Source of the DNA: Candidatus Cloacimonadales bacterium
GTDB lineage: Bacteria > Cloacimonadota > Cloacimonadia > Cloacimonadales > JAFGVF01
DNA length: 64,000 nucleotides
Assembly (NCBI GenBank): GCA_963677495.2
Contig: CAXXOU010000004.1
Coordinates: 1,184,001-1,248,000 of the forward strand
Direction of reading: 5' to 3'
Part shown: positions 28,856-40,104 of the stretch, one piece after another
Position numbering within the stretch: position 1 is the first letter of the stretch
Layout: every line of letters starts with the position of its first letter
Notes under the pieces: generated by a model
Told to the model about the DNA's origin: nothing
The model's database searches: none
The model's input: the letters and a program-made list of their open reading frames with translations, nothing else
Program-made: the position numbers and the translations under genes

Positions 28856-29851
28856 TTATTTAACTGTAACCTTCTTAATGATTGCCTGTTTTGATTCAAG
28901 CGGATTATCTCTAGCATCTCTTGGAAGGTTTTCGATTTCGTGAACTATATCCATACCACTAATAACTTTGCCAAACACTGTATGTTTTCCATTAAGCCAT
29001 TCAGCACCAGGTTTCTTAGTTACAATAAAGAACTGTGAGCCGTTTGTGTTTGGACCGGAATTAGCCATACAAAGTGTGCCATACTCAACTTTATTGATGA
29101 GTTTACCTTGTGATTGAACTTCACCTTTGAATTTAGTTTTAGCTGTATAGTATTCAACAGGATGGTCCATTAACGGTTTACCGGATCTGCTTTCCTGACA
29201 CATTCTAGCTAGCTCTAAAATATCCTTATCAGGATCCTGGTTAGCACGGAGATAAGGGAGAATCACAACTGAGAAAATAGAGAACGCATCATCTTCGTTC
29301 TTAATCTCACCGGTTAATACTTCACCTTTTTCATAGCATTCATCTTCAAACTTGTATCCGGGATCGCCTGAACCATCACTAGCACGGTTGCCATCTTTAG
29401 TATTAGGACAACCACCTTGAATCATGAAATCAGGGATAACTCTATGGAAATAGATACCTTCATAAAAACCTTCTTTAGCCAGTTTTTCAAAATTAGATAC
29501 TGTCTTAGGAGTTTTATCAGGCCATAGTTCAAGCTTAATTTCACCAATGGTAGTTTCAATTATCGCTTCTTTAGTATTCATCTCTCTCTTTGTTTCCTTC
29601 TTAATAGGTTTTACTTCTTTTTTAGCAGGAAGTGGTTTCTTATCAACCTTTGTAATCGTTGCCTTTTTAGGAACCGGTTTCTTCTCCACTTCTAATTTGT
29701 TAACATCTGTTTTTGTGACTTCTGTTTGTGCAATCTTTTCTGATGCAATATTAGCACTTAAATCACTTTTTGCTACCCGGGCCTTATATAAAAAGAAAAG
29801 CCCACCTAATAATACTAATCCAACGAGAATTGCTATTACAGCTTTATTCAT
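28856..29851 (-). CDS. Cyclophilin-type peptidyl-prolyl isomerase, membrane-anchored
   Basis: [40 protein letters not shown]-terminal TM helix and Lys/Pro linker. Confidence 0.92.
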   Translation of the reverse strand: MNKAVIAILVGLVLLGGLFFLYKARVAKSDLSANIASEKIAQTEVTKTDVNKLEVEKKPVPKKATITKVDKKPLPAKKEVKPIKKETKREMNTKEAIIETTIGEIKLELWPDKTPKTVSNFEKLAKEGFYEGIYFHRVIPDFMIQGGCPNTKDGNRASDGSGDPGYKFEDECYEKGEVLTGEIKNEDDAFSIFSVVILPYLRANQDPDKDILELARMCQESRSGKPLMDHPVEYYTAKTKFKGEVQSQGKLINKVEYGTLCMANSGPNTNGSQFFIVTKKPGAEWLNGKHTVFGKVISGMDIVHEIENLPRDARDNPLESKQAIIKKVTVK

Positions 29852-29864
29852 TAGATACTCCTCA

Positions 29865-30590
29865 TTATTGTTTATATGTTTTTAGTTCTGCAATTCCATC
29901 ACATATTTCAGCGTATGTGTTATTTACTATCCAATCTCCTGTATTTATATATACGGACTTACCATACTCTATTTTTTGTGGATCATGAACATGTCCCATA
30001 AGAAAAATGTCATACTTAAAAGCTTTCTTTTGCACGTAATCTGTTAAACCTTTACTTTGCCCTTTTGTGAGTTTGCGAGACTTTGTTCTTTTCCTTGAAG
30101 ATCTAGACATTCCTGAGCCAAGTTTAAGCAAAAACTCCGGGTGAAAGAACTTCGCCATAATTCTAACTATATCTAATCTTATAACAGCTCTGAATATATG
30201 GTATCTTAAGTCATTAATTGTCAACTGGTCACCATGAGCAACAAAGTACTTCAATCCATCAATAGTATCAGTAAATGTGTCTGGATAAATTTCAGCATTT
30301 ATCTCTTTCTTAAGAAACGAGCCTAACCAGAAATCATGATTTCCACAGAGATAAATTATTCTACACCCGTTATCAGCAATTTCTTTTAAAATGGAAACCA
30401 CAGTAGAGTATGATGTAATTGAGACAAGTTCCCACTCAATCCATAGATCAAAGATGTCTCCATTTAGAATCAAGACATCAACATCATTACTTATAGATTT
30501 CAAGAAGCTGATGAAGCGTTGTTTCCTTAGTAGATCATCTTCAGATTCAATGTATTTAATGTGAACATCTGATACTGATATTACTTTCAT
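29865..30590 (-). CDS. lpxH: UDP-2,3-diacylglucosamine diphosphatase
   Basis: SDVH, GDIFDLW, GNHD, HGD, GHVH, NTGDW. Confidence 0.8.
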   Translation of the reverse strand: MKVISVSDVHIKYIESEDDLLRKQRFISFLKSISNDVDVLILNGDIFDLWIEWELVSITSYSTVVSILKEIADNGCRIIYLCGNHDFWLGSFLKKEINAEIYPDTFTDTIDGLKYFVAHGDQLTINDLRYHIFRAVIRLDIVRIMAKFFHPEFLLKLGSGMSRSSRKRTKSRKLTKGQSKGLTDYVQKKAFKYDIFLMGHVHDPQKIEYGKSVYINTGDWIVNNTYAEICDGIAELKTYKQ

Positions 30591-30591
30591 A

Positions 30592-31263
30592 TTATTTTAC
30601 CATCACATAATAGAGCAGATTCACACCAAACTTCATTGCTTCCTGTCTCACATCTTGTGGGTCATTATGGGTATCAGCATCTGCCCAACCATCAGAGATA
30701 TTACTTTCATAAGTATAAAAAAGCATCATTCTTCCATTCTTATCAAAGATTCCGAAGGCACGAGGACGTTTATCATCATGTTTGTGGGTCTTTGGTAAAC
30801 CTTTGGGAAATTTAAAGTAGCAATTATAGATTTCATGGTTCGCAGGTAATTCTATTAATTCAAAGTTAGGTAATATTGAGCTAATTTCCTTCCTAAATGA
30901 CTCATCTAGTCCATAATCATCATCTACATAGATAAAGCCACCTCTAAGAAGATAATCTCTCAAATTTGACTTCTCTTTGGAAGTAAACTTAATCTTTCCA
31001 TGTCCGGTAACATAAATAAATGGATATTTATACAGATCTACACTACCTGCTTCAACAATTGCCTGCTTCTTAGGAAAACCACAACTGAGTTCCTTATTAA
31101 GCTTTTTCATTAGATTTGGTAAAACTTCAGGATTATTATACCAATCTCCTCCACCTTTGTACTTAAGCCTAGCCAGAGGAGTTATCTCCTTTTCAACTGC
31201 CACAAGAACATTGAAGCAAAAAGATAAGAGGATAGTAGTTAAGATAGTAATTTTTAACTTCAT
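30592..31263 (-). CDS. DUF4159-like secreted protein
   Basis: ARLKYKGGGDWY, YPFIYVTGHG, GGFIYVDDDYG. Confidence 0.8.
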   Translation of the reverse strand: MKLKITILTTILLSFCFNVLVAVEKEITPLARLKYKGGGDWYNNPEVLPNLMKKLNKELSCGFPKKQAIVEAGSVDLYKYPFIYVTGHGKIKFTSKEKSNLRDYLLRGGFIYVDDDYGLDESFRKEISSILPNFELIELPANHEIYNCYFKFPKGLPKTHKHDDKRPRAFGIFDKNGRMMLFYTYESNISDGWADADTHNDPQDVRQEAMKFGVNLLYYVMVK

Positions 31264-31306
31264 AGAGTAAGGTTAGGAGGATGGCTTTACCATCCTCCCA
31301 ATAGAT

Positions 31307-33346
31307 TTATTTTAAAAGACCATCTCTTCTTAGAAGAGCATCTGCATCAGGTTTTCTTCCTCTGAAAGCTTTGAAAAGATTCATTGGATGTTCTGTATTA
31401 CCTTTTGCAAGAACGTTTCTTCTGAAAGACTCAGCAGTTTCTTTATCGAAGATACCTTTTTCTTTAAATAGAGAGAAAGCATCTGCATCAAGTACTTCAG
31501 CCCATTTGTAAGAGTAGTAACCGGATGAGTAACCTCCAGCAAATATATGGCTAAAACTTGCCGATCTGCTTGAGTTTATTACTTTTGGGAACAATCTGGT
31601 TTTGTCCATAACTTTGTCTTCGAAAGCTATAACATCTTTAACATCACTTGGATCGTTTGCATGCCATGACATATCTAAGAAACCAAAGCTAAGCTGTCTG
31701 ATATTAGCATAACCTGAAAGATAAGTCTGCGAAGCTTTAATCTTATTGATTAGTACTTCAGGGATGACTTCGCCTGTCTCATAATGGAAAGCAAAGAGTT
31801 CGAGAGTTTCCTTCTCTGAGACCCAGTTTTCCATAACCTGTGATGGAAGCTCAACAAAGTCCCAATATACGCTTGGAGAAGCAACTGAAGTATAAGTTAC
31901 ATCAGAAAGAAGTCCGTGTAAAGCATGACCAAATTCATGGAACATTGTTTCAACTTCTCTAAATGTAAGAAGTGATGGAGAATCCTCTGTGGAAGGAGTG
32001 AAGTTTGCAACTACAAATATTTGTGGTTTATCCATCTTGCCTTCACGCAATCCTTGTGTAACCATAGGATTCATCCAAGCACCGGAACGCTTAGTAGTTC
32101 TTGGGTGGAGATCCATGTAGAGGATACCTACATAATCACCATTAGCTTCGCTAACTTCGAACACTTTCACATCTTCATGATAAACAGGAATTTCCTGAAG
32201 TGCTTTGAATTCTAAACCATATAGTTTATTAGCAACTTTGAACACACCATCAATAACATTTTCAACCTTGAAATAAGGTCTTAACTCTTCAGAGTTAAAA
32301 TCAAATTTCTTCTGTTTAAGCTTTTCTGCATAATATGAGAAATCCCATGCCATGAAATCTTCCAGTCCGTCCATCTCTTTAGCAAAAGTAGCAACTTCTT
32401 CAACTTCTTTCTGAGCTACAGGATATGCAACATCATAAATCTTGTTTAAGAAATCAAGAACATTATCTTTGTTTTCTGCCATTCTTTCGGCTAAAACATA
32501 GTCAGAATGTGTATTGAATCCAAGTATGTTAGCTCTTTTCTGTCTAAGGTTAGCTATCTGAATACAATTTTCTTTATTGTCAAATTCACCTTCATTTGCA
32601 ATCTTGCTTACAGCTAGACTGATAGTTTTTCTTAGCTCACGATTATCTGCATAAGTGATAACAGGCATAATACTTGGAGCTTGAAGATTGAACATCCAGC
32701 CCTCTTCTTTGCCCTTTTGCTTTGCTAAGTAAGCAGCTGCTTTAAGTGCATTCTCTGGAATACCTTTGAGTTCGTTAATATCAGTAATATGAAGTTCATA
32801 AGCATTTGTTGAATTAAGTACATTTTGAGAGTATTTAGGTGTAATCCCTGCCATCTCCATGTCGATAGCAAGAAGTTTCTCTTTTTCCTCTTTCGGGAGC
32901 ATTGCACCATTACGTACAAAACCTTTATACTTGAGCTCTACAACTCTTTTCTGTTCATCATTAAGATTAAGGTTATCCATGTTATCATACACTGCTTTTA
33001 CTTTTGAGAAAAGCACTTCATCAGTAGAAAGTTTACTACCGAACTGAGCAAACATTGGTGAAATAACCTGTGCAAGTGCTTTGAACTCATTATCTGAATG
33101 AGTACTGAGCAGGTTAAAGAAAACAGAAGCTACATCGCTCATTAGAGCCCCGGTTTCTTCTAAAGCTAGGATTGTATTATCGAAGTTTGGTTCTTCGGTA
33201 TTATCTTTTATTGCATCAAGTTCTTTCTGAGCCTCTTCAACACTAAGTTTAGCAGCAGGTTCAAAATGCTCAAGTTTATACTCGTTTAATGGATATACGT
33301 TGTAATCTGTGACACGTTTACGTTCAATCAATGGATTAGATTGCAT
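31307..33346 (-). CDS. M3-family metallopeptidase (Dcp/oligopeptidase A)
   Basis: FHEFGHALH, WDFVELPSQ, SHIFAGGYSSGYYSYKWAEVLDADAF. Confidence 0.93.
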   Translation of the reverse strand: MQSNPLIERKRVTDYNVYPLNEYKLEHFEPAAKLSVEEAQKELDAIKDNTEEPNFDNTILALEETGALMSDVASVFFNLLSTHSDNEFKALAQVISPMFAQFGSKLSTDEVLFSKVKAVYDNMDNLNLNDEQKRVVELKYKGFVRNGAMLPKEEKEKLLAIDMEMAGITPKYSQNVLNSTNAYELHITDINELKGIPENALKAAAYLAKQKGKEEGWMFNLQAPSIMPVITYADNRELRKTISLAVSKIANEGEFDNKENCIQIANLRQKRANILGFNTHSDYVLAERMAENKDNVLDFLNKIYDVAYPVAQKEVEEVATFAKEMDGLEDFMAWDFSYYAEKLKQKKFDFNSEELRPYFKVENVIDGVFKVANKLYGLEFKALQEIPVYHEDVKVFEVSEANGDYVGILYMDLHPRTTKRSGAWMNPMVTQGLREGKMDKPQIFVVANFTPSTEDSPSLLTFREVETMFHEFGHALHGLLSDVTYTSVASPSVYWDFVELPSQVMENWVSEKETLELFAFHYETGEVIPEVLINKIKASQTYLSGYANIRQLSFGFLDMSWHANDPSDVKDVIAFEDKVMDKTRLFPKVINSSRSASFSHIFAGGYSSGYYSYKWAEVLDADAFSLFKEKGIFDKETAESFRRNVLAKGNTEHPMNLFKAFRGRKPDADALLRRDGLLK

Positions 33347-33348
33347 AT

Positions 33349-36300
33349 TTATCTCCTATTCTTATTATATTTATAATTATTAAAATCAAATCTAAAAGTC
33401 CTTTGCAACATCACCTCATGTGAATACATCTCATCTTTATCAGGTTCTATACCAAAGGAATATGATACTTTAAACTTTTGTGGTAAACTCAATCTGAAAG
33501 TAGCATCATGATTAATCAGGATGTTTGTTTCTGTCTCCAGATCTGTTGTTTCCTGGAACAACGCCGTATAATCAAAGTAGACATTACGGGTTAAGTACTT
33601 ACCAGCGTTTATCTTTAGATTGTCAAGTAGAATTGCAGAGCTAAACTCAACTAACTGGCTTTCTTCTCTTTTTATCTCATTTTCTTCGTTTATAATGTAG
33701 TTAAAATAAACGTTTTGCAAAAATCCAAAGTCGACATATAAAAAATCAAGACGCAAGAATTTGCGAACATAATTCTCAAATGGGTACAATATTGGATCAA
33801 GATAATAGCTGTTTAAGTTACCATCCAATAAATTCAAGGCTTCATCCTGCCAAATAGAGCTTTCCTGTTCGTCAGAAAGATCTGACAACTCACTATCATA
33901 CCTTACTCTTGCTAGCATATTTACTATTGATCTATCATTAGGGTTATCACTTGAAATATTAAACTGCAACCTATTCACAAACTCTTTTGATAAATCATCA
34001 TCAGTATCTATTGTTAGTAGAATTGTAGTTCCATCAGATGTTTTGTGATAGAGTTCTCCAAGTAAATATTCACCCGAGAACTCATTAATTCCAACTTCAA
34101 AATAATCTACTTTAAAGTTAATCCCAAAGAAATCAAAGGTCCCTGTATCTGCAATCAAAAGAATCTTTTTCACAATCCACTCTTCCCTATTGTAGAAAAG
34201 ATGTATGAAACTATTTTCTCTCACAGGGATATTTGCCGGATGAGTAATATACCGACTGTTATCATCAAAGTAAAGAACTGTATCGAGCTGGAAAGGTAAA
34301 AGAGCAACTTCAGATGTTGAATTACGATTCGAACCAATCGGGTTCAATTGTGAAAACAACTTAAGCAAATTATCAACTTTTGGCGGATACAATCCCATAG
34401 CATTTCTAATAATCACATCAGATTCTATATAAAGATCATCGAAAGGACCGGTAATTGTTGCTTCTCTGCCATGTCGACCTTTAATTATTGCATTTGTAAG
34501 TGTGTTTTCTTGAGAGTATTCAGGTACTGTCAGCTTTATTCCTTCATCATCAGTAGTTATGAATAACTTACCAATCTTCATGTTTCCGAGCGTAAGGTCT
34601 TTTTCATCACCAATTACTTCATTTCTAATATAAACAGATCCATCACCGGACTTAACCTTGAAATCATTTATCATCATCTCATTATCATTGATAACAATAT
34701 CAAGTGTAATATCTTCCAACTGTTGGAGCTGAGTTTCTACATTCATCTTACCATTTTTTAAGTGAATTTGCCCACTATGAAAATTTAGTCCATCCTCATC
34801 CATTGATGTAACTAAATTAATACTTGTTTTAGCTTCTCCTTTATCAGCAAGTCTAAATCGTTTTAACACACTTGCTAAATCTGCGTCAATTGAGATATTA
34901 AGGCTATCGGTTCCTGCTATATTAGCATCAGTAAAGATATTATACCCAATTGCACCATTTGCCAATAAGCTTACTGTGTTATCAGATTCTATCATCAATG
35001 AATCAACGACTAACTTCGAATCGAACTGTTTCAAATCAGCATTTAAGCTACTGATATCAAAGCCATAAACCTGTAAGTTTTTTGACGTTGCTTTAACGGA
35101 AAGTGTTGGTATGGTTGATTCTTTTCCGAAATATAGTTTTGCAGAGCCATCTAGGATACCGTTAAGATTTTCATCAAATACTTGAGAAAGAAATAGACCG
35201 TCAACATCCCCATTTATAGTCAAAATTGGCCTATTACTGATATCTATGAAACCATTTATATCAACAGCATTCTTTATCCCTTCATTCTTAAAGCTGTTAC
35301 TTAACTCAATGTGCTTTGAATTTCCATTTAGTTTTAGGGTTGTACCTATGGGCTTAAAAATTCCGTAACTGAAGTTCCTCACATCAATCATTCCTAATGT
35401 CCGGTTATCCCCTTTTGAGTTTAAGTCTAAATCCATATCTACGTATCCATCGAATTGTCTTGCCTGGTAATCATTGGTAAAGTATCTCAGAATATCCCTT
35501 ACGCCAATAGATTTACCAGATACGGTTACTCCATAATCAAGGCTGTCACCCAATGTAACCCAACCATCTCCGTTAATTTGAGAATTAAGATCAAAATGAT
35601 TTACCCATAGTGTATTATCCTGGATAGAGGTATCTATTTTATAGGAAAATTCTCTTTTATTAAGAAGTGAACTACCTGTTTCAGCTTTAAACGAGCCAAG
35701 TTTCTCATCAAGATTATAATTAAATTCAATTATTAGTCTTGAATCAAGAGTTAGAGTTTCACTTTCTTCAACCCTAAAAGATGCATTACAATCGATCAAA
35801 TCTCCATTTAGAGATACTGTAGTCCTGCCAAAAAGCTCCATAGTATCTAGAGGTTTGCCTAGAGCATTTTTTAGTACATCTTCTCCTTTGACCCCATTTA
35901 ACTCTACATCAGCATATCCCTTTTTCTTGCTGATATTATATGAGCATTCTATATCGACATTTGTTCCAATGTTGGATTTTACAGCGAGACTGTCTCCTGT
36001 AAGCAAAATCTCCGCATTTACTTTGTTTAAATCAATTGTATTATTACTAAACCCGGCGTTACTAAGATCAAAACTACCGGTTAGCTGAGGGTCTATTACA
36101 ATGTTGCCTGAAACTGTTCCCTCCAGGGATAAATCGTTGTTGCCTTCTTCAGGAATAGATGTAAGTGTAATATTAAGATCGTTGAAGTGATTAACCTCAA
36201 TTTCACCGGTAACTATATTGTCCTTAATATTCGATTCTTCGATAATCAAACCAAGCTTGTTCTCAACATAATCAAGTTTAAGAAGGCCATCTGTAAGTTT

Positions 36301-37395
36301 ATAATCTTCCCATTTTAAACTATCAACCTCAACAACCCCATATACTTCAGGAGATGTAACTTTTCCACTTAATATAAAATGTCCATCAACAGCTCCACCA
36401 AGTTCATCTAATAGAACAACAGGATTAAAAGTATCAACATTAACTGTTCCTGAAAGTCCTGGATCACCGTTAAATGGCTCTTGAATTGTGAAAGTAGCCC
36501 GTCCGGTCATCTCATCTAAATTGACCAAATCTGTTCTTACGTATAGATTATCTCCCGTCAACGAAGCAATTAAATCCGGTGCATATAGCTTGTTCTCATG
36601 ATATTTAATAAACAGATCTTCGAATCTAGCTTCAATATTTACATCTGTACTATCCTGTTCGTTTATATAGTTAACCACGATGTCGGCTTCGAAATCAAGC
36701 TCTTCAAAATACTTTGTTGACACTTCTGCAGGTATTAAGTCTGATATAGTTGCATTCAATTTTGTTAATTTTAGATCCTGCACTTTTAGGAAAGAGCTTA
36801 ATGAGCTACCTTTCTTACTATTTGCATTTAAAATCATCTCAAAATCATTATTCCATGCTGTGACACTTGCATCAATGTGGTTTATCGTATCATTCAAATA
36901 TAACTCATGAGATCCCTCAGCGGGACTTATCACTGTGTATTTAACACTTCCATCGATGATTGTTAGCTGACTAAAGAACTTACCTAAATTAGGAATTTCA
37001 AATTGAGTCTGACTACTGGAAGATGAATCCGGTAATGTATATGTTATTATAAGTTCAGGATTTACAATAGTAATTTCATTAAACGGTCTATAATTTTTAT
37101 TTATTCCCGGCAAAAAACCAAGCAATTTATAGTCAACTATAAGCTGTTCCAAATTAAAGATATAATCATCAGCTTTGTTAACAATATTAACATCATTTAT
37201 TATTACCTGCTTATCACTAAGTGTAAGATCTCCAATCTGCAAATCTGCATTCATTTGCTTCTTTAAGTAAGAAACAGCATATTTGTTAATATATGAGTTC
37301 AAGACCTTTGTTCTTGTAACTAATAATACTGCACCATTATATATTAGTATCAGTATTAAAAGCCAAAATAAGAATATAGGTCTTTTACGCATCAT
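33349..37395 (-). CDS. TamB/AsmA-like large periplasmic protein
   Basis: N-terminal TM anchor, 1348 aa of beta-rich sequence, C-terminal AGKYLTRNVYFDY. Confidence 0.7.
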   Translation of the reverse strand: MMRKRPIFLFWLLILILIYNGAVLLVTRTKVLNSYINKYAVSYLKKQMNADLQIGDLTLSDKQVIINDVNIVNKADDYIFNLEQLIVDYKLLGFLPGINKNYRPFNEITIVNPELIITYTLPDSSSSSQTQFEIPNLGKFFSQLTIIDGSVKYTVISPAEGSHELYLNDTINHIDASVTAWNNDFEMILNANSKKGSSLSSFLKVQDLKLTKLNATISDLIPAEVSTKYFEELDFEADIVVNYINEQDSTDVNIEARFEDLFIKYHENKLYAPDLIASLTGDNLYVRTDLVNLDEMTGRATFTIQEPFNGDPGLSGTVNVDTFNPVVLLDELGGAVDGHFILSGKVTSPEVYGVVEVDSLKWEDYKLTDGLLKLDYVENKLGLIIEESNIKDNIVTGEIEVNHFNDLNITLTSIPEEGNNDLSLEGTVSGNIVIDPQLTGSFDLSNAGFSNNTIDLNKVNAEILLTGDSLAVKSNIGTNVDIECSYNISKKKGYADVELNGVKGEDVLKNALGKPLDTMELFGRTTVSLNGDLIDCNASFRVEESETLTLDSRLIIEFNYNLDEKLGSFKAETGSSLLNKREFSYKIDTSIQDNTLWVNHFDLNSQINGDGWVTLGDSLDYGVTVSGKSIGVRDILRYFTNDYQARQFDGYVDMDLDLNSKGDNRTLGMIDVRNFSYGIFKPIGTTLKLNGNSKHIELSNSFKNEGIKNAVDINGFIDISNRPILTINGDVDGLFLSQVFDENLNGILDGSAKLYFGKESTIPTLSVKATSKNLQVYGFDISSLNADLKQFDSKLVVDSLMIESDNTVSLLANGAIGYNIFTDANIAGTDSLNISIDADLASVLKRFRLADKGEAKTSINLVTSMDEDGLNFHSGQIHLKNGKMNVETQLQQLEDITLDIVINDNEMMINDFKVKSGDGSVYIRNEVIGDEKDLTLGNMKIGKLFITTDDEGIKLTVPEYSQENTLTNAIIKGRHGREATITGPFDDLYIESDVIIRNAMGLYPPKVDNLLKLFSQLNPIGSNRNSTSEVALLPFQLDTVLYFDDNSRYITHPANIPVRENSFIHLFYNREEWIVKKILLIADTGTFDFFGINFKVDYFEVGINEFSGEYLLGELYHKTSDGTTILLTIDTDDDLSKEFVNRLQFNISSDNPNDRSIVNMLARVRYDSELSDLSDEQESSIWQDEALNLLDGNLNSYYLDPILYPFENYVRKFLRLDFLYVDFGFLQNVYFNYIINEENEIKREESQLVEFSSAILLDNLKINAGKYLTRNVYFDYTALFQETTDLETETNILINHDATFRLSLPQKFKVSYSFGIEPDKDEMYSHEVMLQRTFRFDFNNYKYNKNRR

Positions 37396-37399
37396 AACT

Positions 37400-38077
37400 T
37401 TATTTCTCTATGAGTATTCCTTCAACCAACTCAAGCTTACGCTCAGTTTGATCAGCTATAATTGGATTATGAGTAACTAATAGAACTGTCTGATCTATCT
37501 CTTTATTCAGTTTTAAAAGTAAATCGATGACTTCTGTACTATGGGTAGGGTCAAGATTACCGGTAGGTTCATCAGCTAGTAGCAAATCCGGTCTGTTTAT
37601 TAATGCCCTTGCAATTGCTATTCTCTGCTGTTCTCCACCACTTAATTGATTTGGATAGTGATCCTTTCTATCTTTCATATCCAGCAGTTTCAACAACTCT
37701 TCAGCCTGCTTTAGCGATACTTTGTGACTCTTACCGGATACAAGCATCGGCATTGCAACATTCTCGATTGCTGTGAAATCTTCCAATAGGTAATGAAACT
37801 GGAAAACGAACCCAAGATTATTGTTTCTAAACTTATGAAGTTTCTTATCATCAGTGGATATTTCCTTACCATTAAACACTATTCTACCCTGGTCAGGCTT
37901 ATCAAGCATGCCAAGTATATGCAACAATGTACTTTTACCACAACCTGATTGACCTGTAATACTAACTGTTTGCCCTCTTGATATCTCAAGACTAGCACCC
38001 TTCAATATCTCAAGCTTTCCATCATTTTCTATATAGCTTTTATAAATTCCTTCTGCTTTAATTAAAATATCTTTCAT
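37400..38077 (-). CDS. lolD: Lipoprotein-releasing ABC ATPase
   Basis: GQSGCGKST, GFVFQFHYLL, LSGGEQQR, ADEPTGNLD. Confidence 0.85.
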   Translation of the reverse strand: MKDILIKAEGIYKSYIENDGKLEILKGASLEISRGQTVSITGQSGCGKSTLLHILGMLDKPDQGRIVFNGKEISTDDKKLHKFRNNNLGFVFQFHYLLEDFTAIENVAMPMLVSGKSHKVSLKQAEELLKLLDMKDRKDHYPNQLSGGEQQRIAIARALINRPDLLLADEPTGNLDPTHSTEVIDLLLKLNKEIDQTVLLVTHNPIIADQTERKLELVEGILIEK

Positions 38078-39303
38078 TAGTTTCGTTCTCTCAATATTTC
38101 GTTGATAACCATTTTATTTATCTGTCTCAATGGGATTGAAGTAGATGCGAGAATAATTAGTAAAGAGATAATAAAGATTGCACTTAATGCTCCCGGATTG
38201 AGCTTCATAGTAAGCTCATCAATGAAATATACATCTCCATTTATTCCCAGAAGTGTTTGTTTCGTAATCACCCAAGCTAAGAATACACCAGCTACAGTGC
38301 CTGTGAATACAGCAACAACCGAGATTCCTACAAAGCTACTCAAATATAGTTTCTTTAATGTATTGCTACCGGCGCCTATAGCTTTCAAAATACCTATCTC
38401 TGCCTTCTTATCTAAAATACTTGTTGAGACTGAGCCAATCATATTGAAGGAAGCGATTAATACTAAGAACAGCAATATCACAAACAACAATCCACGCTGC
38501 CATTCTAACAATGAGAAAAGAGATTGATTAAAATAGGACCAAGGCAATATCTGATAATCTCTAAATACTTCTCTGCTCCACCTTCTTGCAATCTCATCAA
38601 TATCCTCTGAATCATCAAATAGAAGTACTTCAACCCAATCTGCTACTCCCTCACCTTTAAAAATCTCTCTAAATGCATCATCTGATATTATTCCAAGTGT
38701 ATTATCTTGTTCATACATGCCGGACTCATAGAAATCAGTAACAATAAATTGAACTCTTTTATTTATTAACCCTATGCTACCGGCACCTCCCATTCTAGGA
38801 TTAATAATTGAAATAGTATCTCCAACAGAGATATTCATCTCTCCGGCCAGTACTTTACCTAGAATAATCTCCTTACCATTAATTTCAAAAGCATTGTTAA
38901 CTACTGATCTACTTAAATGTGATTTATAACTTTCTGTGAGCAAATCTATTCCTTTTAGATTAACTCCTCTGACAGTTCCATTATCACTTGTTAACATTGC
39001 TTGTTTGGCTGAAACTCTGGCAAATCCTTTCACTATATCTTTAGATGCAAGAAACTCTGAGAGTGCTGTGACTTCACCTTTATCAAATGAATCTGAGATA
39101 TTTGGATGAATCAGTAAATGAGCGTATGTCTTAAAGATAGACTGCTTTAATGTAGATGTGTAACCATCAAACAAGGATATTGCAGCTGTAAGCGTCATTA
39201 CTGCTATTACAATTCCTATCATAGAAAACCAAAGATCAAATCTCATCTTTCGTTTTCTACCAATTCTCAAAGTTTTTGCCATGTAAAAAGTATATAATTT
39301 CAT
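38077..39303 (-). CDS. lolC: Lipoprotein-releasing ABC permease LolC/E
   Basis: FESG-like YESGMYEQD, LIASFNMI, EIGILKAIGA, VYFIDEL; adjacent to lolD. Confidence 0.78.
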   Translation of the reverse strand: MKLYTFYMAKTLRIGRKRKMRFDLWFSMIGIVIAVMTLTAAISLFDGYTSTLKQSIFKTYAHLLIHPNISDSFDKGEVTALSEFLASKDIVKGFARVSAKQAMLTSDNGTVRGVNLKGIDLLTESYKSHLSRSVVNNAFEINGKEIILGKVLAGEMNISVGDTISIINPRMGGAGSIGLINKRVQFIVTDFYESGMYEQDNTLGIISDDAFREIFKGEGVADWVEVLLFDDSEDIDEIARRWSREVFRDYQILPWSYFNQSLFSLLEWQRGLLFVILLFLVLIASFNMIGSVSTSILDKKAEIGILKAIGAGSNTLKKLYLSSFVGISVVAVFTGTVAGVFLAWVITKQTLLGINGDVYFIDELTMKLNPGALSAIFIISLLIILASTSIPLRQINKMVINEILRERN

Positions 39304-39480
39304 AAACTATTATAAATATTTCACTGAAACAACTTTGTCAAGCTCTGTTATAAAGCTAGCTCTATGGCTCAAAATCTGTAACTTATCAGACACTAATTGG
39401 AGGAGATTAACATTGTGAACTCACACATCATATAGATCTGTTTTCAATTTCTTTCATTTCATCCCTATTTCCACTTCTAC

Positions 39481-39636
39481 TCCCACTCTTATCTCTGCAT
39501 TAATTCGTGAAATTAGATTGGTCTTGTCCTGACATACACTTGTTAATTACTTGGTAAATAGGCCAAGGGTTTGCCAAGTGTTTGCCAAGGATTGCCCAAG
39601 TGTCTACCATGAATTAATGCAGAGATAAGAGTGGGA
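39481..39636. repeat. Family C 11-bp-phased inverted element with a perfect 26-bp terminal IR
   Basis: TCCCACTCTTATCTCTGCATTAATTC (39481-39506) and its reverse complement (39611-39636); CCAAG at 39563/39574/39585/39596, CCATG at 39607. Confidence 0.9.
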
Positions 39637-39771
39637 AGTAAGGGGGCAATCAAAATATCTTACTAGAAATGATAGATTGAGTAAAGCACAGTATTAGGAT
39701 ATAGAGATTGATTTTGAGGGTAGTTTACAGGTAAATCTGCACTATGAAAGGTTAGTTTATACACTTCCCCC

Positions 39772-39987
39772 CTACTTTTTTTTCAATAGTTGTTTCCAAT
39801 GGAACTTATAAACTCTAAAATTCATGATAACATGTATTACTGCTGCACCTAACATAACCCAGCCTGCTATAACATGCCATTCCATTAGTGAATAAAGGTC
39901 GAACAACGTCGCAAGTAGCATAGAAACCGCATTAATAATAAATGAGAGCAAGAGTACAGTATTAACAATAACTTTGAATAGTTTCAT
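39772..39987 (-). CDS. Small membrane protein (DUF4405-like, two His)
   Basis: WHVIAG..AVIHVIMN in TM segments; GGAGG RBS. Confidence 0.65.
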   Translation of the reverse strand: MKLFKVIVNTVLLLSFIINAVSMLLATLFDLYSLMEWHVIAGWVMLGAAVIHVIMNFRVYKFHWKQLLKKK

Positions 39988-40104
39988 TTTTCCTCCTGAT
40001 ATATTGATAAACTGCTTATGCTAATTGTCAATATTATTTCTTCCCAAAAATGAGATTAACAAGAAAAAGCTTGTCATTATTTATATTTATGTAGATATAG
40101 AAAA

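Noticed and set aside
39990..40104. Gene-strand switch as replication origin
   Set aside because: Only a short divergent promoter region with no DnaA boxes seen; skew cannot be assessed from this window.
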